From positions 240,001 to 272,000 of the forward strand of contig NZ_CP030918.1 of the NCBI RefSeq assembly GCF_003324675.1: 32,000 bases of DNA, read 5' to 3'. Positions within the stretch are counted from its first letter, which is position 1; each line of letters opens with the position of its first letter. The DNA comes from Paracoccus suum (GTDB taxonomy: Bacteria; Pseudomonadota; Alphaproteobacteria; Rhodobacterales; Rhodobacteraceae). This document shows positions 1 through 8,856 of the stretch, one piece after another. The translations under genes were made by a program, and so were the position numbers. The notes under the pieces are model-generated. The model saw only the letters and a program-made list of their open reading frames with translations. It made no database searches and was not told where the DNA came from.

Positions 1-235
1 TCGCGACCTGCCCTTCCCCTTCCCGCCCGTCGATCTGCCACGGCTGGCGATCGAGGTCTGCTGGCCCGCCGAGCAGTTGTCCGGCTATGTCGAGACCTGG
101 TCCGGCACTCGCCGGGCCCGCGCCGCCGGTGACGGCGCCGGCATCGACGCCTTTGCCGCCGCAGTCCGCGCGGCCGCGGGCAGCGAGGTGCACCTGCGAT
201 TTCCGATTGCGGTCAGGGCCGGCCGGATCGGCTGA
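1..235 (+). CDS. 3' fragment of a probable class I SAM-dependent methyltransferase (5' end lies outside the window)
   Basis: Frame 2 is open from the window edge to TGA at 233-235. It is absent from the ORF track because it has no start in the window. The translation RDLPFPFPPVDLPRLAIEVCWPAEQLSGYVETWSGTRRARAAG...HLRFPIAVRAGRIG resembles the C-terminal 'GY.xTWS' tail of Methyltransf_11-type proteins. The family call rests on recall only. Confidence 0.4.
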   Translation, partial: RDLPFPFPPVDLPRLAIEVCWPAEQLSGYVETWSGTRRARAAGDGAGIDAFAAAVRAAAGSEVHLRFPIAVRAGRIG

Positions 236-315
236 GGCCTCGGTCCCCCATTTTAATCCCGGTTGCGACAGCGGCGGTCATTCCCTCAACGCGGCTTCCA
301 TGGCAAAACCGCGTC

Positions 316-822
316 ATGAGCGACGCGCTGCCAGACTGCCCCCCGCCCCCGACATCCGGCGCCGTTCGGCCCGTCGTGCAATATCCCGACCCCGCGTTGC
401 GCCAAGTCTGTGTCGGCCTGCCGGATGATCCGGAAGCGCTCGCGCTGGACATGCTCGCCACCATGTATGCTGCGCCGGGCCGTGGCCTCGCCGCGCCGCA
501 ACTCGGTTTGCCGTGGCGGATGTTCGTCATGGATGTCGACTGGAAGTCCGGTAGCCCGGCACCGTTGATCGCCCTCGACCCCGCGCTCAGCGATCCCTCG
601 GCCGAGACCGTGACCCGGTCCGAGGGCTGCCTGTCAATCGCCGACCACCCGGTCCTCGTGACCCGCCCGGCCGAGGTGACGCTGCACTGGACCGACCTCG
701 CCGGCAACCGCCGCAGTCAGCGCCTCACCGGCGTTGCCGCCACCTGCGCTCAGCACGAATACGACCATCTGGACGGAATCCTGATCCTCGATCACGAGCG
801 CCCCGAGGATGCCGAAGCATGA
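316..822 (+). CDS. def: peptide deformylase (canonical active site)
   Basis: 168-aa ORF with all three Def motifs: GRGLAAPQ (motif 1), EGCLS (motif 2, Cys metal ligand) and QHEYDH (motif 3, two His ligands plus catalytic Glu). Its stop overlaps the next start (ATGA at 819-822). Confidence 0.85.
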   Translation: MSDALPDCPPPPTSGAVRPVVQYPDPALRQVCVGLPDDPEALALDMLATMYAAPGRGLAAPQLGLPWRMFVMDVDWKSGSPAPLIALDPALSDPSAETVTRSEGCLSIADHPVLVTRPAEVTLHWTDLAGNRRSQRLTGVAATCAQHEYDHLDGILILDHERPEDAEA

Positions 823-1316
823 TCCGCCCCGTGCTGCCCTATGACGATCCGCGCCTGCGCCGCCCGGCCGAGCCGGTGGCCGAGGTCACCGAAACCGTGC
901 GCATGATCTGGGATGACATGATCGACACGATGGAGGCGATGCCCGGAGTGGGCCTCGCCGCGCCGCAGATCGGGATCATGCTGCGCCTTGCGGTGGTAGA
1001 TGCCAGCGAAAAGCGCGGGCAAGCGGTACGCATGGCCAACCCCGAGGTGCTGCACGCCAGCATCCACAGCCGCGCTCATGACGAGGCGAGCCCGCATTTG
1101 CCCGGCGTCTCGGCCCGGATCGAGCGGCCGCGCGCAGTCACCGTGCGGTTCCTCAACGATCAGGGCGAGGTCGAGGAGCGCGATTTCGTCAGTCTCTGGG
1201 CGACCAGCGTCCAGCACCAGATCGACCATCTGAATGGCAAGTTGTATGTCGATCACCTGTCCCCCCTGCGGCGCAAGATGCTGGTGGCCCGCTCGGCCAA
1301 ACTGGGCCGCAAGTGA
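819..1316 (+). CDS. peptide deformylase paralog with a degenerate active site (probable pseudo-enzyme)
   Basis: 165-aa ORF that is Def-like over its full length. Motif 1 (GVGLAAPQ) is intact. Motif 2 reads EASPHLPG instead of EGCLSxPG, so the Cys ligand is lost. Motif 3 reads QHQIDH instead of QHExDH, so the catalytic Glu is replaced by Gln. It sits between def and fmt. Confidence 0.8.
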   Translation: MIRPVLPYDDPRLRRPAEPVAEVTETVRMIWDDMIDTMEAMPGVGLAAPQIGIMLRLAVVDASEKRGQAVRMANPEVLHASIHSRAHDEASPHLPGVSARIERPRAVTVRFLNDQGEVEERDFVSLWATSVQHQIDHLNGKLYVDHLSPLRRKMLVARSAKLGRK

Positions 1317-1353
1317 AGGGGCGCCGCCGCGAGGATCGCTTGGGGGACACCGT

Positions 1354-2247
1354 ATGCGAGTGATCGTCATGGGAACGCCCGATTTCACCGTCCCTGCCCT
1401 GCGCGCCCTCGCCGCCCGGCATGACGTCGTCTGCGTCTATTCCCAGCCGGCGCGCCCGGCGGGCCGAGGACAGGTGCCACGACCCTCGCCCGTCGCACGC
1501 GCGGCGGAGGCGCTTGGGATCGAGGTGCGCACCCCGGCCAAGCTGCGCGACGCCCCGGCGCAGGCTGAATTCGCCGCACTGGGCGCAGATGTCGCGGTGG
1601 TCGCGGCCTATGGCCTGATCCTGCCGCAAGCGATCCTCGACGCCCCGCGTCTCGGGTGCCTGAACATCCACGCCTCGCTGCTGCCGCGTTGGCGCGGCGC
1701 CGCACCGATCCACCGCGCGATCCTTGCCGGCGATGCCGAGACCGGGGTCGCCATCATGCAGATGGAGGCCGGCCTCGATACCGGCCCGGTGCTGGCCGAG
1801 GCGCGCACCACAATCTGTCCGCAGGACACCACCGCCGATCTGCATGATCGGCTTTCGGCCATGGGGGCGGAATTGATCGTCGATGTACTGGATCGCCTGC
1901 CCCTGCCGGCAGTGCCGCAACCTGCCGAGGGCGTCACCTATGCAGCCAAGATCGACAAGGCCGAGGCGCGGATCGACTGGTCCCGTCCGGCGGCCGAGGT
2001 GGACCGGCTGATCCGCGGCCTGTCGCCCTTCCCTGGCGCCTGGACCATGGCGGGAGGCGAGCGGCTCAAGCTGCTGCGCTCGCGCGTCGTACCCGGCAGC
2101 GGTGCGCCCGGGACGATGCTGGATGGCCTGAAAATCGCCTGTGGCACCGGTGCCATCGAGGTGCTGGAGGCGCAGCGCGAGGGCAAGCGCGCCACGCTCG
2201 CGGCCGAGGTCCTGCGCGGCTGGGCCACGCCCGGGGTCCTGCAATGA
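1354..2247 (+). CDS. fmt: methionyl-tRNA formyltransferase
   Basis: ORF 1234..2247 trimmed to the ATG at 1354, which gives the canonical N-terminus [11 protein letters not shown]. It carries the formyltransferase motif [20 protein letters not shown] and has the conserved def-fmt gene order. Confidence 0.92.
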   Translation: MRVIVMGTPDFTVPALRALAARHDVVCVYSQPARPAGRGQVPRPSPVARAAEALGIEVRTPAKLRDAPAQAEFAALGADVAVVAAYGLILPQAILDAPRLGCLNIHASLLPRWRGAAPIHRAILAGDAETGVAIMQMEAGLDTGPVLAEARTTICPQDTTADLHDRLSAMGAELIVDVLDRLPLPAVPQPAEGVTYAAKIDKAEARIDWSRPAAEVDRLIRGLSPFPGAWTMAGGERLKLLRSRVVPGSGAPGTMLDGLKIACGTGAIEVLEAQREGKRATLAAEVLRGWATPGVLQ

Positions 2248-3365
2248 GCGGCCCTCGCACCCGCCACGGCCACGACGCCGGCGATGGGCATGAGGGGCAT
2301 GGCCATGACGGCCACCCCCATGGTGCTTCGGGTCACGACGCTCGTGCCGAGCCCGGACCCGGATATGCTCATGTGGGCGACGCCCATGGCACCGGATGCG
2401 CCCGTGACGGCCATACCCATGGCTCCGCAACAGGCGGTGATCCGCACGACCACGGGCATGGCCACGGCCACGATCATCACGGCCACAGCCACGCCCCGCG
2501 CGTGACCGCGGCGAACGAGCGGCGGCTGGCCATCATCCTCGCTCTGACCGCCAGCTACGCGCTGGTGCAGGCAATTGGCGGCTGGCTGTCGGGATCGCTC
2601 GCGCTGGTGGCGGATGCGGGGCACATGATCTCGGACTCCGCTGCGCTGCTGCTGGCGCTGATGGCCTATCGGCTGGCGGCGCGGCGCGCGGACGGGCGGC
2701 GGACCTACGGTTTTCACCGGGTGCGGGTGCTGGCGGCGCTTGCCAATGGCGTCGCCCTGCTGGTCCTGGTTGCCTGGATTGCATGGGAGGCCATCGCCCG
2801 CCTGCGCCACCCGGCCGAGGTCATGGCCGGGCCGATGCTGGCCGTGGCGGTGGTCGGGCTGATAGTCAACATCATCGGGGCCGTGGTTCTATCGCGCGGC
2901 GAGGGCCACGACGCCAACCTGCGCGGGGCCTATCTGCATGTGCTGGGTGATCTGCTGGGCAGCGTCGGCGCCATCGCCGCTGCCATCGGCATCATGCTGA
3001 CCGGGCGCTTGTGGCTGGACCCGGCGCTGTCGGTGCTGGTGGCGGTGCTGGTCCTGCGCTCGGCCTGGGGCCTGGTGCGCGATGCGATCGATGTCCTGCT
3101 GCAGGCGACCCCGCGCGGGGTCGACGCCGCCTCGGCCGAGGCCGAGGTCGCGACGTTGGGCGGTGTGGCCGAGGCGGGGCATTTCCACGCCTGGACGCTG
3201 ACAGACGAGCAGAGCATTGCCACGATCCATGTCTGCCCGGATGGGTCAGTCGATCCGTTGCAACTGCCACAGATCGTCACCGCGCATCTGCGCCAGCGCT
3301 ACAGCATCGATCACGTGACGGTCCAGGTTGACCCGCCCGGCCGGATCGCCGCGGTGGATCACTGA
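2244..3365 (+). CDS. cation diffusion facilitator (CzcD/ZitB-type Zn/Co/Cd efflux) with a His-rich N-terminal extension
   Basis: 373-aa ORF with CDF TM2 and TM5 HxxxD metal-site motifs ([16 protein letters not shown]; [15 protein letters not shown]). It has about six hydrophobic helices and a C-terminal cytoplasmic domain. The first ~85 aa are His/Asp/Gly-rich ([20 protein letters not shown]...[16 protein letters not shown]). The start overlaps the fmt stop (ATGA at 2244-2247). An in-frame GTG at 2502 is an alternative start that would remove the His-rich part. Confidence 0.85.
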   Translation: MSGPRTRHGHDAGDGHEGHGHDGHPHGASGHDARAEPGPGYAHVGDAHGTGCARDGHTHGSATGGDPHDHGHGHGHDHHGHSHAPRVTAANERRLAIILALTASYALVQAIGGWLSGSLALVADAGHMISDSAALLLALMAYRLAARRADGRRTYGFHRVRVLAALANGVALLVLVAWIAWEAIARLRHPAEVMAGPMLAVAVVGLIVNIIGAVVLSRGEGHDANLRGAYLHVLGDLLGSVGAIAAAIGIMLTGRLWLDPALSVLVAVLVLRSAWGLVRDAIDVLLQATPRGVDAASAEAEVATLGGVAEAGHFHAWTLTDEQSIATIHVCPDGSVDPLQLPQIVTAHLRQRYSIDHVTVQVDPPGRIAAVDH

Positions 3366-3368
3366 ACT

Positions 3369-4226
3369 CTAAACCGGCCGGGCGAGCACCTCGGCCAGCG
3401 TCCTCGGCTGCCGTCCGATCAGTGCACCCAACGTCGAGTCTGTTGCCGCGAAATCGCCCGCGCGCGCGGCGCGATAAAGCCCCAGCATAACGTCGATCAC
3501 CCGGTCAGAAACGCCAAGCCCGCGCAGCCGGGCCTGCAACGCATCATCGGGAATGGCCTTCCAGACCACCGGACTGCCGCGCAGGCCGGTCAGCACTCGC
3601 GCGATGTCGGCGAAGTCCAGCGCCTCGGCGGCGGTCAGCGGCGGTGTGGGGCCGTCAAACCGGCCTTCGTCCAGCAGCACGGCGGCGGCGGCATCGGCCA
3701 GATCGGCATGGGCGGTCCAGCACACCTTGCCGTCCTGCGGCGTCTCGATCAGATCGCCCGGCACGGTCTGCAGGATCGCCTGCACGGTGCTGGCGTAAAA
3801 GCCATTCCGCAACGCCGTCCAGCGCAGGCCGGAGCGCGCCAGCAGCGCCTCGGTCGCGGCATGGCCGCGCATCGGCGCAAAGGCCGAGGTTGCGCTGGCG
3901 CCCATATGGCTGGTGTAGACGATGCGCTCCACCCCTGCGGCCATTGCGGCCGCGATCGCGTCCCGATGCTGCGCCACGGCATCGCCACCCTGTGCCTCGG
4001 CGTTCGAGGATACCAGCAGCAATTGGCGCGCACCCTCGAATGCCGGGCCCAGCGAGTCGGGCTCGGCGAAATCGCCGAACCGCACGCGCACCCCGCGTTC
4101 GGCCAAGTCAGTGGCGGCCAGCGGATCGCGCGCGCTGACACCGATCTGTTCGGCCGGCATCCGCGCCAGCAGCGCGGCGACGATGCCCCCGCCCAGCCGC
4201 CCGGTCGCGCCGGTGACCACGATCAT
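3369..4226 (-). CDS. NmrA-family NAD(P)H-binding oxidoreductase (YtfG/QorB-like)
   Basis: 285 aa with an N-terminal Rossmann motif VTGATGRLGG. It resembles E. coli YtfG/QorB-type proteins over its full length (from recall). It overlaps the upstream thioesterase gene by 4 nt. Confidence 0.75.
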   Translation of the reverse strand: MIVVTGATGRLGGGIVAALLARMPAEQIGVSARDPLAATDLAERGVRVRFGDFAEPDSLGPAFEGARQLLLVSSNAEAQGGDAVAQHRDAIAAAMAAGVERIVYTSHMGASATSAFAPMRGHAATEALLARSGLRWTALRNGFYASTVQAILQTVPGDLIETPQDGKVCWTAHADLADAAAAVLLDEGRFDGPTPPLTAAEALDFADIARVLTGLRGSPVVWKAIPDDALQARLRGLGVSDRVIDVMLGLYRAARAGDFAATDSTLGALIGRQPRTLAEVLARPV

Positions 4227-4636
4227 GCCGCTGGTCCCTCGACCGGGATCATGGTGCCCTGCATGAGGGCAACGGACTTGCCGCCCGAAGTCACCTCGGC
4301 CGTGACGACGACGATTCGCTTGCCTGCACGCATGACCCGGCCCTCGGCCCGCAGCAGCCCCCGCGCCGGGGCGAGCATGTTGATCTTCATCTCGATGGTC
4401 AGAACATCGGTGCCCGGCGGCATCAGCGTCAGCGCGGCATAGCCGGCGGCCGAATCGCCAATGGCGAAGGTCAGCGCGCCATGGGCAAATCCCTGCTGCT
4501 GGGCCAGATGCGGCGCCGCCTCGGCCTGAATGACCACCCGGCCGGGCTCGACCTCCTCCATCGTCGCGCCAAGGGTGGTCATCATCGACTGCCGCGCAAA
4601 ACTGGCGCGGATGGGGGCGGGGTCGAAATCACTCAT
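4223..4636 (-). CDS. PaaI-family hotdog-fold acyl-CoA thioesterase
   Basis: 137 aa with a PaaI/YdiI-type core ([22 protein letters not shown]...[17 protein letters not shown]). Its start overlaps the ruvB stop by 8 nt. Confidence 0.75.
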   Translation of the reverse strand: MSDFDPAPIRASFARQSMMTTLGATMEEVEPGRVVIQAEAAPHLAQQQGFAHGALTFAIGDSAAGYAALTLMPPGTDVLTIEMKINMLAPARGLLRAEGRVMRAGKRIVVVTAEVTSGGKSVALMQGTMIPVEGPAA

Positions 4637-5651
4637 CGAACAGCGCCCCTTGCGCGGTTTTCGGCGCGTCCAGCCCGAGGTGCCGCCAGCCTCCCTGCGC
4701 CAGCATGCGCCCGCGGGGCGTGCGCTGGATCAGTCCCTGTTGCAGCAGATAGGGTTCGGTCACTTCCTCGATGCTGTCGCGGCTTTCGGACAGCGCGGCG
4801 GACAGCGTCTCGATTCCGACCGGGCCGCCGCCATAATGCTCGGCCATCAGCGTCATGTAGCGCCGGTCGGCGGCGTCGAGGCCCAGATGATCCACCCCCA
4901 ACCGGGTCAGCGCCCGGTCGGCAATGGCGCGGGTCAGCGTGCCGTCGCCCTCAACCAACGCAAAGTCCACCACCCGCCGCAGCAGACGGCCAGCGATGCG
5001 CGGGGTGCCGCGCGCGCGGCGCGCGATCTCCAGCGTACCTTCGGGCGCGGCGGGCACGCCGAGCAGACGCGCGCCCCGGCTGACGATCATGTCAAGCTCG
5101 GGGATGGTGTAGAATTGCAGACGCGTCGGGATGCCAAAGCGGTCGCGCAGCGGGGTGGTCAGCAGGCCCATCCGCGTGGTCGCCCCGACCAGCGTAAAGG
5201 GCTGCAGCTCGATCCGCAGGGTGCGCGCCGCCGGCCCTTCGCCGATGACCAGGTCCAGCTCGAAATCCTCCATCGCCGGATACAGGATCTCCTCGACCGC
5301 CGGGTTCATGCGGTGGATCTCGTCGATGAAAAGGACGTCCCGCGCCTCAAGGTTGGTCAGGATTGCCGCCAGATCGCCGGCGCGGGCAAGGACCGGGCCA
5401 GAGGTCATGCGGAAGCTGACCCCAAGCTCGCGCGCCATGATTTGCGCGAGCGTCGTCTTGCCGAGGCCGGGAGGGCCGTGAAACAGGGTGTGGTCCATCG
5501 CCTTGCCGCGCCGCCGGGCGGATTCGATGAACACCTTCAGGTTGGCGCGCACCTCGGCCTGACCGATGAACTCGTCCAGGTTCTGCGGTCGCAGCGCGCG
5601 ATCTTCGCTGTCGGTCTCGAGTGGCTCGGGGGAAAGGACCGGGTTCAGCAT
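4629..5651 (-). CDS. ruvB: Holliday junction branch migration ATPase RuvB
   Basis: 340 aa with Walker [10 protein letters not shown] and Walker [10 protein letters not shown]. It shows RuvB blocks along its whole length ([11 protein letters not shown]..., LIGATTR-like [20 protein letters not shown]). Confidence 0.95.
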   Translation of the reverse strand: MLNPVLSPEPLETDSEDRALRPQNLDEFIGQAEVRANLKVFIESARRRGKAMDHTLFHGPPGLGKTTLAQIMARELGVSFRMTSGPVLARAGDLAAILTNLEARDVLFIDEIHRMNPAVEEILYPAMEDFELDLVIGEGPAARTLRIELQPFTLVGATTRMGLLTTPLRDRFGIPTRLQFYTIPELDMIVSRGARLLGVPAAPEGTLEIARRARGTPRIAGRLLRRVVDFALVEGDGTLTRAIADRALTRLGVDHLGLDAADRRYMTLMAEHYGGGPVGIETLSAALSESRDSIEEVTEPYLLQQGLIQRTPRGRMLAQGGWRHLGLDAPKTAQGALFDE

Positions 5652-5736
5652 GGGCGGCAGGGTGTCCCCCCCAGGATGGCGCTATCGACCTGTCCGCAAG
5701 GCGCACATCCCGCCCGATCCGAGAGCTTAGCGGGCA

Positions 5737-6588
5737 TCACCTGCCCACCCGCGGAAAGCCGCTGATGCCTTGCGCCGGCAAATCCATCGCCTCCAGCCGC
5801 GCGATCCGCTTTTCCACCGGGGGATGGGTCGCAAAGAGGCCGCGCAGGCCGCCGGTCAGGGGATTGATGATGAACATCGCGGCCGAGGCCGGGTTGCGCT
5901 CAGCCGCGAGGTTGGGCACCTGCCCGGCGGCCGAGGCAATGCTGGCCAGCGCGCCGGCCAGCGGGCGCGCCTGCCCGGCAATTTCCGCGCCCTCGCGATC
6001 CGCCTCGAACTCGCGCGTGCGGGAAATGGCCATCTGCACCAGCCCCGCGACGAGCGGGGCCACCAGCATCGCCAGCAGCCCCCCGCCGCGATTGTTGCGC
6101 GAGAACATCGCCATGTTGCCCAGCATCGAGATCGCGCCGGCCATGGTCGCGGTCACCGTCATGGTCAGCGTGTCATGGTTGCGCACATGCGCCAACTCAT
6201 GGGCGATCACCCCCGCCAATTGGTCGCGCGGCAGCAGGCGCACCAGCCCGGCCGTCACGGCGAGGGCCGCATTGGCCGGGTTGCGGCCGGTGGCAAAGGC
6301 GTTCGGCTGGTCCGTCGGAAGCAGGTAGACGCGCGGCATCGGCAGGCCGGCGTTGTCGGCCAGCTCCCGGACCAAGGCCAGCAGATCGCCGCCGCTCTCG
6401 GGCGTCAGTTCGACCGCATCGTTCTGGCGCAGCATGGCCTTGTCGCTGTTCCACCAGGCCCAGAGGTTCGTGGCGCCTGCAAAGAGCAGCGCAAACATCA
6501 TCCCGCCGCGGCCGCCCAACAGCGCGCCAAGGCCCATCAACAGCGCCGTCATCACGGCCATCAGGATGAAGGTGCGCGCGTTTCCCAT
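5737..6588 (-). CDS. htpX: HtpX-like M48 zinc metalloprotease (membrane)
   Basis: 283 aa. It has an HtpX-type N-terminus with TM helices ([26 protein letters not shown]...[10 protein letters not shown]), the zinc motif [10 protein letters not shown] and a downstream EFEADR. Its start is 2 nt from the ruvA stop. Confidence 0.88.
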   Translation of the reverse strand: MGNARTFILMAVMTALLMGLGALLGGRGGMMFALLFAGATNLWAWWNSDKAMLRQNDAVELTPESGGDLLALVRELADNAGLPMPRVYLLPTDQPNAFATGRNPANAALAVTAGLVRLLPRDQLAGVIAHELAHVRNHDTLTMTVTATMAGAISMLGNMAMFSRNNRGGGLLAMLVAPLVAGLVQMAISRTREFEADREGAEIAGQARPLAGALASIASAAGQVPNLAAERNPASAAMFIINPLTGGLRGLFATHPPVEKRIARLEAMDLPAQGISGFPRVGR

Positions 6589-6590
6589 GA

Positions 6591-7262
6591 CTATTCCTTT
6601 GGTGCCAGCAGCCGCAGGGCGGCGCGGATCAACGCCGCGGTCGCGGCCTCGGGTTCCGCCTGGGCGGCCTCGGCCACCGCCGCGGCGGCCTCAGACGGAC
6701 CATAACCCAGATTGGACAATGCCGACAGCGCCTCGGCCGAAGCATTGGCGTTCCCTTTCGGGGCAGGCGTGGTGCGCGGGGGCGTCGCAGGCGCGGGACC
6801 GTCAGCCTCGATCACCGGTGCGCCCAGATCGACCGTCAGCGCGCCGCCCATGGCCATGACCTGTGGCGCCTTGTCCCGCAACTCCAGCACCAGCCGCTGC
6901 GCCAGCTTGGGGCCGATGCCCGGCGCCTTGCGCACCGCCGCCCAGTCGCCCAGCGCGATGGCCCGGCCCAGCCCCTCGGCCCCGAGCGTGCCGAGGATCG
7001 CCAGCGAGGCCTTTGACCCGATCCCCTGGACCGAGGTCAGCAGACGGTGCCATTCCTTTTCCAGCAGCGAGGCAAAGCCGAACAGCTGCAACAGATCCTC
7101 GCGCACCAGCAGATCGGTATAAAGCGCGGTCGCCTCGCCCACGCGCGGCAGGCTTGCAGCGGTGCGCTCGCTGACATGCACGATATAGCCGACGCCGCGC
7201 ACGTCGATCAGCACGTGATCGGCGGCACGGTGCAAGATGATCCCGGCGATGCGGCCGATCAT
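6591..7262 (-). CDS. ruvA: Holliday junction DNA-binding protein RuvA
   Basis: ORF 6591..7766 trimmed to [12 protein letters not shown]... (223 aa). It has an OB domain, HhH motifs ([30 protein letters not shown]) and a C-terminal domain III ([15 protein letters not shown]). The ATGA overlap with the ruvC stop at 7259-7262 supports this start. Confidence 0.92.
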   Translation of the reverse strand: MIGRIAGIILHRAADHVLIDVRGVGYIVHVSERTAASLPRVGEATALYTDLLVREDLLQLFGFASLLEKEWHRLLTSVQGIGSKASLAILGTLGAEGLGRAIALGDWAAVRKAPGIGPKLAQRLVLELRDKAPQVMAMGGALTVDLGAPVIEADGPAPATPPRTTPAPKGNANASAEALSALSNLGYGPSEAAAAVAEAAQAEPEAATAALIRAALRLLAPKE

Positions 7263-7753
7263 GCGACCACCTTGATGCGTAGTGCGCGGCCCTGCAGGTG
7301 GTGGGCGTGGCAGATTGCGATGGCCAGCGCATCGGCCGCGTCCGGTCCGGCCAGCACGATCCCCGGCAGCTGAAAGCGGACCATATGCTCGATCTGACCC
7401 TTTTGCGCGTGGCCGACGCCGACCACCGCCTTTTTCACGGCGTTGGGGGCATATTCCCCGACCGCAAGGCCGGCTTCGGCCGGGGCGAGCATGGCGATGC
7501 CGCGCGCCTGCCCCAGCTTCAGCGTGCCGGTTGCGTCCTTGTTGACAAAGGTCTGCTCGACGGCCGCCGCGTCGGGCGCATGGGCGGCAATGACGGCGCA
7601 GAGGCCGCGATACAGCGTGACCAGCCGCGCCCCCAGATCGCCCGCCTCGGACCGGATCACGCCATTGGCAATGTGGGTCAGCCGCGGGCCATCGACCGCG
7701 ATCACCCCCCAGCCCATGTTCCGCAAGCCAGGGTCGATCCCCAAGACGCGCAT
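7259..7753 (-). CDS. ruvC: crossover junction endodeoxyribonuclease RuvC
   Basis: ORF 7259..7807 trimmed to [18 protein letters not shown]..., the canonical RuvC N-terminus with its catalytic Asp (164 aa). The C-terminal [12 protein letters not shown] block is present. Confidence 0.9.
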   Translation of the reverse strand: MRVLGIDPGLRNMGWGVIAVDGPRLTHIANGVIRSEAGDLGARLVTLYRGLCAVIAAHAPDAAAVEQTFVNKDATGTLKLGQARGIAMLAPAEAGLAVGEYAPNAVKKAVVGVGHAQKGQIEHMVRFQLPGIVLAGPDAADALAIAICHAHHLQGRALRIKVVA

Positions 7754-7854
7754 CTGCTGCCCCCAACTGGTCTTGTTTTGCCGTAGGCTAGCACGAAGCG
7801 TGAACATTTGGGTAGGGGTCAGCGGCAGGCGCGGACGCCCCCAACCGTTCTGCC

Positions 7855-8730
7855 TCAGATCAGCCCGGCAAATTCCATCGCCGCGTCGATCCGGCCCTTG
7901 GTCTCCTCCGTCAGAGCGACCAGCGGCAGGCGGACGCGCGGATTGCAGCGGTCAATGCGGCTGAGGGCATATTTCACCCCGACCAGCCCCGGTTCGAGGA
8001 AGATCGCGACATGCAGCGGCATCAGCCGGTCCTGCAGCGCCAGGGCGGCAGCGTAATCGCCGCGCAAGGTCGCCTCCTGGAACTCGGCGCAGAGGCGCGG
8101 CGCGACATTGGCGGTGACGCTGATACAACCGACGCCCCCGTGGGCGTTAAAGCCCAGCGCGGTTCCGTCCTCGCCCGACAGCTGGACGAAATCCGGACCG
8201 CAGCTCATGCGCTGGCACGACACCCGCTCCAGCTTGCCCGTGGCATCCTTGACACCGATGATGCGCGGCAGCCGGGCCAGTTCGCCCATCGTGTCGGGCA
8301 TCATGTCGACGACACTGCGGCCGGGGATGTTGTAGATGATGATCGGCAGATCGCTGGCGTCGTGCAGCGCGGTGAAATGCGCGATCAAGCCTGCCTGCGT
8401 CGGCTTGTTGTAATAGGGCGTGACGACCAGCGCGGCGTCGGCACCGACCTCCTGCGCGTACTGGATCAGCGAGATGCCCTCGCGCGTGCTGTTCGAGCCG
8501 GCGCCGGCGATCACCGGCACACGCCCGGCGGCGATGCGAACCACCTCGGCGATGACCAGCCGATGCTCGTCATGGGTCAGGGTCGGGCTCTCGCCGGTGG
8601 TGCCCACCGGGACAAGGCCGTGGCTGCCCTCGGCGATCTGCCATTCGACCAGCGCCTCGAGGCATTTGAGGTCCAGCTCTCCGTCCTCGGTGAACGGGGT
8701 GACGAGGGCGGGAAGCGAACCCTTGAACAT
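7855..8730 (-). CDS. dapA: 4-hydroxy-tetrahydrodipicolinate synthase
   Basis: ORF 7855..9594 trimmed to [13 protein letters not shown]... (291 aa). It has DapA blocks [19 protein letters not shown] and the Schiff-base Lys in IGVKDATG. It is divergent from slt, a common alphaproteobacterial arrangement. Confidence 0.93.
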   Translation of the reverse strand: MFKGSLPALVTPFTEDGELDLKCLEALVEWQIAEGSHGLVPVGTTGESPTLTHDEHRLVIAEVVRIAAGRVPVIAGAGSNSTREGISLIQYAQEVGADAALVVTPYYNKPTQAGLIAHFTALHDASDLPIIIYNIPGRSVVDMMPDTMGELARLPRIIGVKDATGKLERVSCQRMSCGPDFVQLSGEDGTALGFNAHGGVGCISVTANVAPRLCAEFQEATLRGDYAAALALQDRLMPLHVAIFLEPGLVGVKYALSRIDRCNPRVRLPLVALTEETKGRIDAAMEFAGLI

Positions 8731-8856
8731 GACGCTGGCTCCGTTTGGCGTACGGGTTTCCCTAGACCCCGACGCGGCCCTTGCCAAGCCGCGCAGTCGC
8801 GCGGGCTGGTGAAGATGTGAGTTGCCCCCGGCCTGCCGCCGCCCGACAATGACCCG

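Noticed and set aside
1189-2430. Long antisense or alternate-frame ORFs throughout the track (for example 1189-2430 -, 4530-5765 +, 5770-6705 +, 11409-12917 +, 14793-15800 +, 18512-19669 -, 19992-21341 -, 21595-23307 +, 22985-24007 +, 24039-25343 +, 27187-28413 -, 27906-29258 +).
   Set aside because: Each lies opposite or out of frame to a gene with strong family motifs. Their translations are Arg/Pro/Gly/Ala-rich with no recognisable domains, which is the expected artefact of stop-codon depletion in GC-rich DNA.
2250-2500. Repetitive ggccac/ggccat/gaccac DNA that looks like a nucleotide tandem repeat.
   Set aside because: It is the codon-level consequence of the His/Gly/Asp-rich N-terminus of the CDF protein (an in-frame continuation of a well-supported gene), not a non-coding repeat. 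The mirrored ORFs on other frames (2284-2505 +, 1938-2810 -) are artefacts.
7847-7861. An alphaproteobacterial LexA-box-like sequence, GTTCtgcctcaGATC, about 100 nt upstream of ruvC.
   Set aside because: The consensus is the direct repeat GTTC-N7-GTTC. The second half-site here is GATC, and the element overlaps the dapA stop codon. One mismatch in a 4-nt half-site is too weak to call without experimental or comparative support.
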